A DNA stretch of 64,000 nucleotides from Pseudomonadota bacterium (lineage in GTDB: Bacteria; Bdellovibrionota_B; Oligoflexia; Oligoflexales; CAIMVM01), in assembly GCA_037142195.1 (NCBI GenBank), contig JBAXBA010000001.1, positions 96,001 to 160,000 on the forward strand, given 5' to 3'. Below the pieces are notes generated by a model. That model did no database searches. It worked only from the letters and a program-made list of their open reading frames with translations, and was not told the origin of the DNA. The position numbers were made by a program, and so were the translations under genes. Of the stretch, positions 9,221 through 17,422 are shown piece by piece; position 1 is the stretch's first letter; every line of letters starts with the position of its first letter.

Positions 9221-9604
9221 ATGGCAGACAAAGAACAAACAAATGACCAGATTGATCGTCGCACCCGGTATACCTCTCATGCCTTGATTGAGGTGAGAAG
9301 GTGGCGTTTTTGGCCCTTTGGGGTTACTAGCGGTGTATTACTCGATATGAGTATAGATGGCTTCAAACTCGAATTTACTTCCGAATATACTTGCAAAACT
9401 CTGGATAGGCTTTGGATCACCTTACCACTCGGACCACTTGGAATTGTAGCACCGATGCGCCTTTCCCTCCCAGTTGAAGTTCGATGGTTTGACAGTCGAA
9501 GGTTTCGCATTGGAGGTGTCTATTTGGGGCTAACTTCTGACCAAAAAATCATTGTCCAAAAAGTCGTTAAGTCCCTTAAAGAGCGCGGATTGGACAAAGT
9601 GTAG
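9221..9604 (+). CDS. Stand-alone PilZ domain protein
   Basis: DRRTRY plus DMSIDG (DxSxxG), EVRW, IGGVY; start moved to ATG 9221. Confidence 0.8.
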   Translation: MADKEQTNDQIDRRTRYTSHALIEVRRWRFWPFGVTSGVLLDMSIDGFKLEFTSEYTCKTLDRLWITLPLGPLGIVAPMRLSLPVEVRWFDSRRFRIGGVYLGLTSDQKIIVQKVVKSLKERGLDKV

Positions 9605-9883
9605 CCCTCATGGCTGTTTCTCCGATTTGAGCCACTCACCGAGTGCCTGAGAATTGTCGAGCGTAACCTCAATATAAAGTCATTTCCTGAGCAATAGGAA
9701 ACCCATAGAACTCAGTACTCCATCATCCTCTTTTGTCTTTTTAGAATCTGATCCCGTTTATAGAGAGCAATAAAAATTGCCTATAGAACCTAAAATGTAG
9801 GAAAATAGATAGGCTTGAACCTTATGGACATAAGAATGGTCCCAGGAATTTTAAGAAAATAACCGTTGGCAGGAGCAAAATAA

Positions 9884-11209
9884 ATGTCGATTACCAAATA
9901 TCGAGAAAAGACCCCCCAAGGCAATCGAAAACCCGTTATTATCGATGGCGCCCGGAGCCCGTTTGTAAAGTCGTTTGGTGTTTTTGAAGACTCAGACTCT
10001 CTAGAACTTTTTTCTCGAGTGGTTGATGGTCTCCTGAGAAAGGTCGCCATTGATGCCCAGCAAATCGACGAGATCATTGCCGGTGTTGTAATACCACAAA
10101 CTAAAAATCCAAACGTCGCAAGGGATACCATACTCAATTTGGGACTTCCGCTCCATATTCATGGATCTACACTGAATCGTGCTTGTACTTCAAGTTTGCA
10201 AGCTATAGCAGACGCTGCAAAAACAATTTCCTTTGGCCACCCCAGCTTTATCGTCGCTGGGGGAATAGAGGTCCTATCAGATGTGCCCATTGTATATTCT
10301 AAAGAGGCTCGAAAGTTTTTAGTCAAACTTTCTAAAGCAAAATCTACCGCCGCGAAGCTGGAAATTATCGGTAAATTCTCTGCTAAAGCCTGGCTTCCAA
10401 AGTCTCCAGAACTTACAGAACCCATGACCGGACTCACGATGGGTGAGCATGCAGAAATCATGGCAAAGCTCAACCACATATCCAGGCGCGATCAAGATCA
10501 ATTTGCCGTAATGTCTCACCAAAAAGCCTCCAAAGCTCAAGATGCTGGCTTTTTAGCCCAAGAAATCATTCCCATCTGGCCGGGGCCGAAGTTTGAAGTT
10601 TGTATAGATTCCGACAACATCATAAGAAAAGACACCAATATTGAAGGCATTTCCAATCTGAAACCAGTGTTCGATAGAAAATATGGCACCTTAACTGCTG
10701 CAAACTCTTCACCATTAACAGACGGATCCGCTGCAGTATTGATTGGCGATGAAGAAGTGGCTTTAAGATTGGGCTTAAAGCCAAAAGCAAGAATCCTTGA
10801 TTTCGACTTTGTGGGAGTAGATCCTGCAGATCAACTTCTCATTGGTCCAGCCATTACCATTCCTAGAATATTGAACCGAAATCAATTGACTCTCGATGAT
10901 ATTGATCGATTTGAAATCCATGAGGCTTTTGCGGCACAGGTTTTAAGCTGTCTAAGATCGCTAGAGTCTAAGGACTTTGCAGAAAAATGGTTCGGTCAAT
11001 CCAAAGCCTACGGTTCCGTACCTGAGGAAAAACTTAATGTTAACGGTGGAGCCTTAGCCATAGGACATCCTTTTGGTGCAACCGGAGCGCGCCTTGTGAC
11101 TTCTTTGACCTATGAGTTAGAGCGCAGCAAAAAAAGACTGGGCTTAATTGCTATTTGTGCCGCTGGGGGCATGGCCGCAAGTATCCTTATTGAAAGAATT
11201 GAGGGTTAA
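9884..11209 (+). CDS. fadI: 3-ketoacyl-CoA thiolase (FadI type)
   Basis: NRACTSS catalytic Cys, HEAFAAQ, GHPFGATG, CAAGG; RBS AGGAG; directly upstream of fadJ. Confidence 0.92.
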   Translation: MSITKYREKTPQGNRKPVIIDGARSPFVKSFGVFEDSDSLELFSRVVDGLLRKVAIDAQQIDEIIAGVVIPQTKNPNVARDTILNLGLPLHIHGSTLNRACTSSLQAIADAAKTISFGHPSFIVAGGIEVLSDVPIVYSKEARKFLVKLSKAKSTAAKLEIIGKFSAKAWLPKSPELTEPMTGLTMGEHAEIMAKLNHISRRDQDQFAVMSHQKASKAQDAGFLAQEIIPIWPGPKFEVCIDSDNIIRKDTNIEGISNLKPVFDRKYGTLTAANSSPLTDGSAAVLIGDEEVALRLGLKPKARILDFDFVGVDPADQLLIGPAITIPRILNRNQLTLDDIDRFEIHEAFAAQVLSCLRSLESKDFAEKWFGQSKAYGSVPEEKLNVNGGALAIGHPFGATGARLVTSLTYELERSKKRLGLIAICAAGGMAASILIERIEG

Positions 11210-11211
11210 CG

Positions 11212-13395
11212 ATGAACAGACACTTTAACTTAGAAATCACTAGCAAAAAAGTTGCCGTTTTAACGTTTAAAAATATCACTCTAGAGATGAATGTTTTAAG
11301 TGAAGAGGTTTTGAAGGAACTCGATGGATTTCTAGACGATTTCAAAGGAAACAAGGAAATTAAAGGGCTCGTCATTATCAGTGGACGCCCAGATCAATTT
11401 ATCGTCGGGGCCAGCATCGAAGAAATTTCTTATTTTACTTCGGCAAACCAAGCCGCCAACGGCGCGACCTCAATGCAGTCCATTTATAATAAGCTCGATT
11501 CCCTTGGTATCCCGACCGTTGCCGCAATCCATGGAAACTGCTTAGGAGGCGGCCTCGAAATGTCTCTGGCTTGCAAGTGGCGAGTGGTCACGACAGAGCC
11601 TAATACCCGATTAGCCTTGCCTGAAATTCAGCTCGGCCTGATTCCTGGAGCCGGAGGAACCCAAAGGCTTCCAAGACTCATCGGAATTCAAGCAGCTCTC
11701 GATATGATATTGACGGGAAGACGCCTAAACGGAACTAAAGCCCTAAAGTGTGGCCTAGCAGATGCTTTGGTACCCAAGGACCTACTTCTTTCCACGGCCA
11801 TCGAGTTCGCTACTAAAAAAAGAACTTCTGAAAACAAATCTCCTAGCAGAGGATTTGGCCAAGATCTGACTCGTTGGGCTTTAGAAGGAAATCCCATCGG
11901 TCGCAGCACCATGTATAGCGCTGCTAAAAAGAATGTCGATGAAAAAACAAAAGGACACTATCCGGCGGCCTATAAAGCCCTCGCTGCTGTATTTGAAGGG
12001 TTTGACAAGTCCTTAACCGAAGGCTTAAAACTTGAGGCAAGTCTCTTTGGAGAGCTCGCCATGACCCAAGTGAGCCAAAGCCTCATCCACCTCTTTCATG
12101 CGACTACAGCTCTTAAGAAGAATCCTTATAGAAAAGAGCGAGATGCCAAGTTTGGGGATCGACCGGTCTCTAAGGTCGGCGTCATCGGAGCAGGCTTTAT
12201 GGGTGCTGGAATTGCCACAGTGTGCGCAGATAAAAACCTTAAGGTCCTTATTTCAGACCCAAGTAAAGATTCCATTGCAAAAGGTCTTAAGTCGGCTAGA
12301 ACTTTTTTTGGCAAAAAGCTCGATCAAAAAAGAATCAAGACATTTGAGGCCTCTGCTGCACTCGCCCGTATTTCACCAGGACTAAATACCATAGGATTTG
12401 AGAATACTGATATCACGATAGAAGCAGCCCCTGAAGTTCTCGCAATCAAACAAAAGATTCTCACAGACCTCGAAAAGACAGCCGGCGAGAATTGGATTTT
12501 TGCTACGAACACTTCGGCATTGCCCTTAGCTGAAATCGCCTCGTCAGCGAAGGATCCAGCTCGCGTTGTCGGCATGCACTTTTTTTCTCCTGTCGAAAAA
12601 ATGACTTTGCTAGAAATTGTGAAGACAAAAGCCTCAGCGCCTTGGGCTGTGGGACGTGCCTTTGAACTAGGTCAAGCCATGGGAAAGACCATTATCGTCG
12701 TTAATGATGGCCCTGGTTTTTATACGACGAGAGCACTTGCATTCTTCTTAGCAGAAGCCGCAACCTTGTTACTAGAGGGGCAAAGCATTGACAAAATTGA
12801 CAAGGCTTTAGTCGACTTTGGGTTTCCGGTCGGGCCATTGGCTCTCATCGACGAGGTGGGCCTCGATATAGGGCAACATGTTTTAGAGACCATTGAAAAA
12901 GCCTTTCCAGAACGCCTTAAACAGCCTGCTGGCTTTGATGCTATCTTAAAGTCGGGTCGTCTCGGAAGAAAAAATGGGAAGGGATTTTACCGCTATGATT
13001 CGGGAGAGAAAAAAGGCACGGATGAAAGTATTTTAGAACTTCTCCCCATTCAGAAAAGCTCCACCAAACTTAGCTCATCTGAAATTGTGGATCGATGCCT
13101 GTACGTCTTTATGAATGAAACAGCACGCTGCTTAGATGAAGGAATTTTGTCCTCACCATATGATGGCGACATTGGGGCGGTTTTCGGTTTAGGGTTCCCT
13201 GCATTTTGGGGCGGTCCCCTTAAATCCATCGATCTTTTGGGTATTGAAAAGGTCTATTCTAAGCTCCAAAACTTTGAAAAGCAGTTCGGTCCAAGATACG
13301 CACCTGCTCGTTCGATTCAGTCTGCTTATGAAAAGAAGACTCTGTTTTTTCCAAGTGAGCCGGTAAAAGGAGATTTGCGCCACAAGGAGTCCTAG
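11212..13395 (+). CDS. fadJ: Fatty acid oxidation complex alpha subunit (enoyl-CoA hydratase / 3-hydroxyacyl-CoA dehydrogenase)
   Basis: CLGGGLE, LPEIQLGLIPGAGGTQRLPRL, VIGAGFMGAGIA, TNTSAL, GMHFFSPV, GRLGRKNGKGFY. Confidence 0.93.
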   Translation: MNRHFNLEITSKKVAVLTFKNITLEMNVLSEEVLKELDGFLDDFKGNKEIKGLVIISGRPDQFIVGASIEEISYFTSANQAANGATSMQSIYNKLDSLGIPTVAAIHGNCLGGGLEMSLACKWRVVTTEPNTRLALPEIQLGLIPGAGGTQRLPRLIGIQAALDMILTGRRLNGTKALKCGLADALVPKDLLLSTAIEFATKKRTSENKSPSRGFGQDLTRWALEGNPIGRSTMYSAAKKNVDEKTKGHYPAAYKALAAVFEGFDKSLTEGLKLEASLFGELAMTQVSQSLIHLFHATTALKKNPYRKERDAKFGDRPVSKVGVIGAGFMGAGIATVCADKNLKVLISDPSKDSIAKGLKSARTFFGKKLDQKRIKTFEASAALARISPGLNTIGFENTDITIEAAPEVLAIKQKILTDLEKTAGENWIFATNTSALPLAEIASSAKDPARVVGMHFFSPVEKMTLLEIVKTKASAPWAVGRAFELGQAMGKTIIVVNDGPGFYTTRALAFFLAEAATLLLEGQSIDKIDKALVDFGFPVGPLALIDEVGLDIGQHVLETIEKAFPERLKQPAGFDAILKSGRLGRKNGKGFYRYDSGEKKGTDESILELLPIQKSSTKLSSSEIVDRCLYVFMNETARCLDEGILSSPYDGDIGAVFGLGFPAFWGGPLKSIDLLGIEKVYSKLQNFEKQFGPRYAPARSIQSAYEKKTLFFPSEPVKGDLRHKES

Positions 13396-13422
13396 AAGCC
13401 TCGTGTGTCTCTTATTGGAATC

Positions 13423-13842
13423 CTAGCGAACTTGATTTGCGGAATCGCGAAGGGCTTCTTCGGGGGACAGACGAGGAAGATGGAAAGTCCGGGTTCCTTT
13501 TTCCCTCTGAATAGCAAAGGGCAGAGAGGGTGCGCTGACTCTTCCCGAAATCGACATAGGTTCGATGGAAACAAATTCTGACTGGTCGTCAAAAAAAGGG
13601 TCGCGTTTACTTATCTTCTTTGCTTTTGGTTTTTGAACTTCTAGCAAGGGCGGGGTCCCAACATGAAGGGATGGAGATACCAAATACTTGGTTTCTAAGG
13701 GCTGTCCTCGGCTAATTACGGTAGGACTCCAAGGAACTTCAGGCAAATTGAATACAGAGTTGCCCGCAAGGGATATACTCGCCAGGCCCCACATAAGTGC
13801 CATTACTCCCATATTTTTAGCCCGTTGCATATAAAGCGCCAT
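13423..13842 (-). CDS. Small exported protein, CglF/GltF-like
   Basis: Strong RBS AGGAGGAGG; signal peptide ending SISLA; the C-terminal SIEPMSISGRVSAPSLPFAIQRE...SPEEALRDS resembles the myxobacterial CglF/GltF pattern. Confidence 0.6.
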   Translation of the reverse strand: MALYMQRAKNMGVMALMWGLASISLAGNSVFNLPEVPWSPTVISRGQPLETKYLVSPSLHVGTPPLLEVQKPKAKKISKRDPFFDDQSEFVSIEPMSISGRVSAPSLPFAIQREKGTRTFHLPRLSPEEALRDSANQVR

Positions 13843-13865
13843 TTCTTTTCCCTCCTCCTTTCTGA

Positions 13866-13893
13866 TTATCGCCCCTGGAGGGTTAAAGCTTTA
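13866..13893 (-). promoter_or_regulatory. Sigma28 (FliA)-like promoter for the CglF/GltF-like gene
   Basis: Minus strand reads TAAA-N16-GGCGATAA; consensus is TAAA-N15-GCCGATAA. Confidence 0.5.
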
Positions 13894-13907
13894 AGTCCAG
13901 AGCCAGT

Positions 13908-13934
13908 TAAGAACTTCCTACCCACTGCCGATAA
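13908..13934 (+). promoter_or_regulatory. Sigma28 (FliA)-type promoter for the FHA-GAF-HD-GYP gene
   Basis: TAAG-N15-GCCGATAA with an exact -10 and exact spacing, 18 nt upstream of ATG 13953. Confidence 0.72.
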
Positions 13935-13952
13935 GACCTAAGTGGAGAGCTC

Positions 13953-15458
13953 ATGACCCATCTACTTATTACGCGAGGCGCAGAAGCAGGCACCAGAGTT
14001 GTTCTGAGTGGCTTTCCCGTGTCTATTGGCCGGGATGAATCTAATGAAGTGAGCCTTCAAGATTCAGAAGTCTCAAGGCACCATGCTCGAATCAAACAAA
14101 ATGGCCGCTTATTTATTCTAGAAGATTTGGAATCTAAAAATGGTGTCTACTTAAACGGCGACAAAATTCTCAACTCTATTGTAAACAATGAGGATAGAAT
14201 TTTAATCGGTTCTACGGAACTGGTCTTCTTTGCCAATGCCCAAGACATTCATTTGGCCGGGGATCTCATGGCTCTGGAGTTTTCCTACAGTGAAGATCCT
14301 GAGCTCTCGCAGCCACTTCATCTTGACCGTGAGCCGCCCTATTCTGGCGCAGAACCAAAGCGAATCATTCTTTCACATGCTATTGACCAAATTTCAGCAG
14401 ACTATGGGGCTACCAAAGAGATTTTCGACTGTCTGACTACCTTTGAATCTAGAACGGATATGAAAGAGTTAGGTCAGTCCATTTTAAAAAGTTTAGGTGC
14501 TATGATTCCGGGGTGTACCAAAGGTTGTATTTTTTTATGGGACTCTTTAGGCAGAAATCTAGTGGCTCTTTCCTCTCTTCACTTTGGAACTCAAAAAGAA
14601 AATTTTGCCATCTCAAAACGCGCGCATCAAGATGCCATTAACCGTAAGCAGGCGCTTATTTTAATACCCAATGTAACTGACTCGACGATCATTGGCCAAG
14701 CTCGCATTATTATTCCCTGCATAAGCCGCGGCGAAGTGATTGCAACGATTCATCTTGAGACATCTCAGCCCATTCATGTCCTCAATTCTTTTGCTGTCTC
14801 CCAAGTCATTGCTCTAGCAGCTAAAGCAACTCCTTTTATTGACAACTTGGTTTTGCGTCGCGAACAAGACGTCTGGCTCATAGGCATGATTGAATCTATG
14901 ATTGCAACAATAGAAGCCAAAGACACCTATACACTTGGGCATTCCGAAAGGGTCTGCAAATACTCCATGGGGATTGCCGAAGAGCTTCAGCTGAATCGCG
15001 AGCTAAAGAAACAACTGATGATTTCCAGTCTTTGTCACGATATCGGAAAAATAGGCGTGCCGGATGCCATTCTAAAAAAAGCGGCCCTTCTCTCCAATGA
15101 AGAGTATGAAGAAATGAAGTTACATCCGGTCATTGGAGCAAAAATAATCGAGAAACTTCCCAATGCTAAGCGTTTTTTAGGAGGTATCAAGTATCATCAT
15201 GAAAAATTTGATGGCACAGGATACCCCGAGGGCCTTGAAGGGGAAAGAATTCCATTTTTTGGCCGTATCGTTGCTTTAGCAGATGCTTTTGATGCCATGA
15301 TTTCGGGTCGGTCCTATTCCGGTTTTATGGAGGCTCCTGAGGCCATTGAAAAACTGCATGAAGAAGCTGAACTTTTTGACCCAGAAATATTGAAGGCCTT
15401 TACACGGGCTTGGGAAAATGGTCTCGTCACGCAAAAAAGCGATACTAAAGCGCGCTAA
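13953..15458 (+). CDS. FHA-GAF-HD-GYP cyclic dinucleotide phosphodiesterase
   Basis: FHA: IGRD..SRHHA..DLESKNG; central GAF-like region; HD-GYP: GHSERV, CHDIGK, HHEKFDGTGYP, ADAFDAM. Confidence 0.9.
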   Translation: MTHLLITRGAEAGTRVVLSGFPVSIGRDESNEVSLQDSEVSRHHARIKQNGRLFILEDLESKNGVYLNGDKILNSIVNNEDRILIGSTELVFFANAQDIHLAGDLMALEFSYSEDPELSQPLHLDREPPYSGAEPKRIILSHAIDQISADYGATKEIFDCLTTFESRTDMKELGQSILKSLGAMIPGCTKGCIFLWDSLGRNLVALSSLHFGTQKENFAISKRAHQDAINRKQALILIPNVTDSTIIGQARIIIPCISRGEVIATIHLETSQPIHVLNSFAVSQVIALAAKATPFIDNLVLRREQDVWLIGMIESMIATIEAKDTYTLGHSERVCKYSMGIAEELQLNRELKKQLMISSLCHDIGKIGVPDAILKKAALLSNEEYEEMKLHPVIGAKIIEKLPNAKRFLGGIKYHHEKFDGTGYPEGLEGERIPFFGRIVALADAFDAMISGRSYSGFMEAPEAIEKLHEEAELFDPEILKAFTRAWENGLVTQKSDTKAR

Positions 15459-15580
15459 CTCATGACGAATAATGTAATTTTTTACTGGATTTGAAAATGC
15501 CCCAAAAAATTATCCTCTTTCAAACCCTAACCTCTTCGGATCAGTTAGAGTTATAATCTTCCTATAAACTATGGAAAAGG

Positions 15581-16387
15581 ATGGCCACGATGTGGGGTGA
15601 ACTCGCCGAAAGTATGCGAGCTGGAAACGGCTACATAGATGTTATGTTTGTTCTAGGGTTCATGGGAACTGTGGTTCTACTGGAACGCTTTACCATGTTG
15701 TTTTTTGTTTATAACATTAACAATAGGAAGTTTGTTGCTGAACTTCGAAAAATGGTTTTAGCCGATGACAAAGAACGCGCCATGAGCTACTGCAAAACCG
15801 TTTCTGGGACAGGGGTACCTTATATTGCTTTAAGAACGTTGGAAGCCCAAGCAACCGATCCAAGTTCTGTTAGGGGAGCCCTTGAGGAAGCTGCTATTGA
15901 ATTTATCCCAAAAATCGAAGCGCGCATCAATGTCATTCCAGCCATGGCGACTTTAATTCTTCTTACCGGGGTTCTAGGAAGTATCGATGGGTTATGGGGC
16001 GCCTTCCACTCCATCGATGTTCTAGATACGGCGAAAAAGCAGGCGATTTTGGCGCAGGGTGTTGCGGGATCTCTTGCCCCAACCTCTCTGGGTCTTCTTC
16101 TTTGCATGATTCTCTTGGCCGGCAGCCAAATGATTCGTGGGGTAGCAGTTACCATTACTGACAAGGTTCACCACGGTGTATCGGCCATTACAAACCTCCT
16201 AGTACCCAATGATGTCGCTATTGTTAATGCTCAGCCAGTTATTATATCTCAACAGACACTTGATAAATCCATGACACCCACTTCAAACGATTCGGCTAAT
16301 GCCTCGGCAAAACGGACTGGAGACAACCAAAATGCTTTCGATGACGTTACAATTGACGATATCAAAGACGAGGAAGAGATTATTTAA
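15581..16387 (+). CDS. MotA/TolQ/ExbB proton channel family protein (AglR-like)
   Basis: TM1 followed by LLERF; TM2 ATLILLTGVLGSIDGLWGAF; TM3 LAQGVAGSLAPTSLGL; acidic tail. Confidence 0.85.
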   Translation: MATMWGELAESMRAGNGYIDVMFVLGFMGTVVLLERFTMLFFVYNINNRKFVAELRKMVLADDKERAMSYCKTVSGTGVPYIALRTLEAQATDPSSVRGALEEAAIEFIPKIEARINVIPAMATLILLTGVLGSIDGLWGAFHSIDVLDTAKKQAILAQGVAGSLAPTSLGLLLCMILLAGSQMIRGVAVTITDKVHHGVSAITNLLVPNDVAIVNAQPVIISQQTLDKSMTPTSNDSANASAKRTGDNQNAFDDVTIDDIKDEEEII

Positions 16388-16904
16388 AGACGATTGGTCT
16401 ATGCCCAACATATTTCTGGGCTTGATTATATTGTTTACGATTAGTGTCTTTGCACTGAGGGCTGCGAGCCTTGGGTGGAACTTTGGTTTAGTTTCTGTAA
16501 AAATTCCTCAGCTTATTTCTGAAGGTCGATATGACGAGCCGGCATCGCTTCAAGTAGCTGCTCATGCGCTGGCCCAGAAATCCGAGCGTGTATTAGGTGA
16601 CGGAGCCGTAACTGTTGTTTTAGGCAATGATGCTCTTTTTTTTGGTCCTTTAGAGGCCTTTTCTACCAAACTCGGAAATGTTAGAAACAAATTCAAGGTA
16701 CCCCATCTTAATGGTTCTCCGCAAGTAGGTCAGATGCTCTCAGACTTGAAAAAATGGTCTCTATTGAATCGAGAAATTTTGCCGAAGGTAGCCATACTAG
16801 TGCCCTTTCCAGGTGCACCGATGCCTATAGTCATTGAAGTCATCGACCAACTAAAGTCTGCTGGTGGTTTTTCGGATGTGGTACTTGGGAGCGGTCTCCA
16901 ATGA
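16341..16904 (+). CDS. Divergent ExbD/TolR-like protein 1
   Basis: Single N-terminal TM; C-terminal AILVPFPGAPMPIVIEVIDQLKSAGGFSDVVL matches the ExbD periplasmic pattern. Start is either ATG 16341 or ATG 16401. Confidence 0.7.
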   Translation: MTLQLTISKTRKRLFKDDWSMPNIFLGLIILFTISVFALRAASLGWNFGLVSVKIPQLISEGRYDEPASLQVAAHALAQKSERVLGDGAVTVVLGNDALFFGPLEAFSTKLGNVRNKFKVPHLNGSPQVGQMLSDLKKWSLLNREILPKVAILVPFPGAPMPIVIEVIDQLKSAGGFSDVVLGSGLQ

Positions 16905-17422
16905 GGACTTCACTTACGATCAAGCGGCTTTCGGAAATGAATACCAGGTTGAAACAAACCACATTTTGGTTTCCAGCGCCCGCATTTATAAGCATTGGTC
17001 TCGCGATGATCCTTACGGGACAAATTATCATTCATCTGAATCCTCGTTTAGGGTCATTGGCAGAGTTGCACGAAGGCGTGGGTGGGGAAGAGTTGGAAGG
17101 ATCCATCCTTATTATGGTATCGGTTTTAGGTGAAGAAGTTGTCGTCACAACCCCGGATACGCGAGTTTATCGCTGGTCGGCAGAGGACCCAGAGTCCGGT
17201 GACTTTAAAGACTTTAAAGCCTATCTCCAAACGCGCTCAAAAGAGCTTCTCACAGAGTTTTCTGTAGAACGACGTGCCACCCCAACTCGAACGTCCATTG
17301 TCGTTTCCGCTGACCGTAGATCGACTTGGTACCATATCCATCCTCTTATCGCAGCATTTGCCGAGTCGGGATTTGATTCTTATGGATTTGAAACAAAGAA
17401 ATTGAAGGACCACTCTTTTTAA
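16901..17422 (+). CDS. Divergent ExbD/TolR-like protein 2
   Basis: Single TM; IVVSADRRSTWYHIHPLIAAFAESGFDSYGF is the ExbD/TolR C-terminal signature; ATGA overlap with the previous gene. Confidence 0.75.
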   Translation: MRTSLTIKRLSEMNTRLKQTTFWFPAPAFISIGLAMILTGQIIIHLNPRLGSLAELHEGVGGEELEGSILIMVSVLGEEVVVTTPDTRVYRWSAEDPESGDFKDFKAYLQTRSKELLTEFSVERRATPTRTSIVVSADRRSTWYHIHPLIAAFAESGFDSYGFETKKLKDHSF

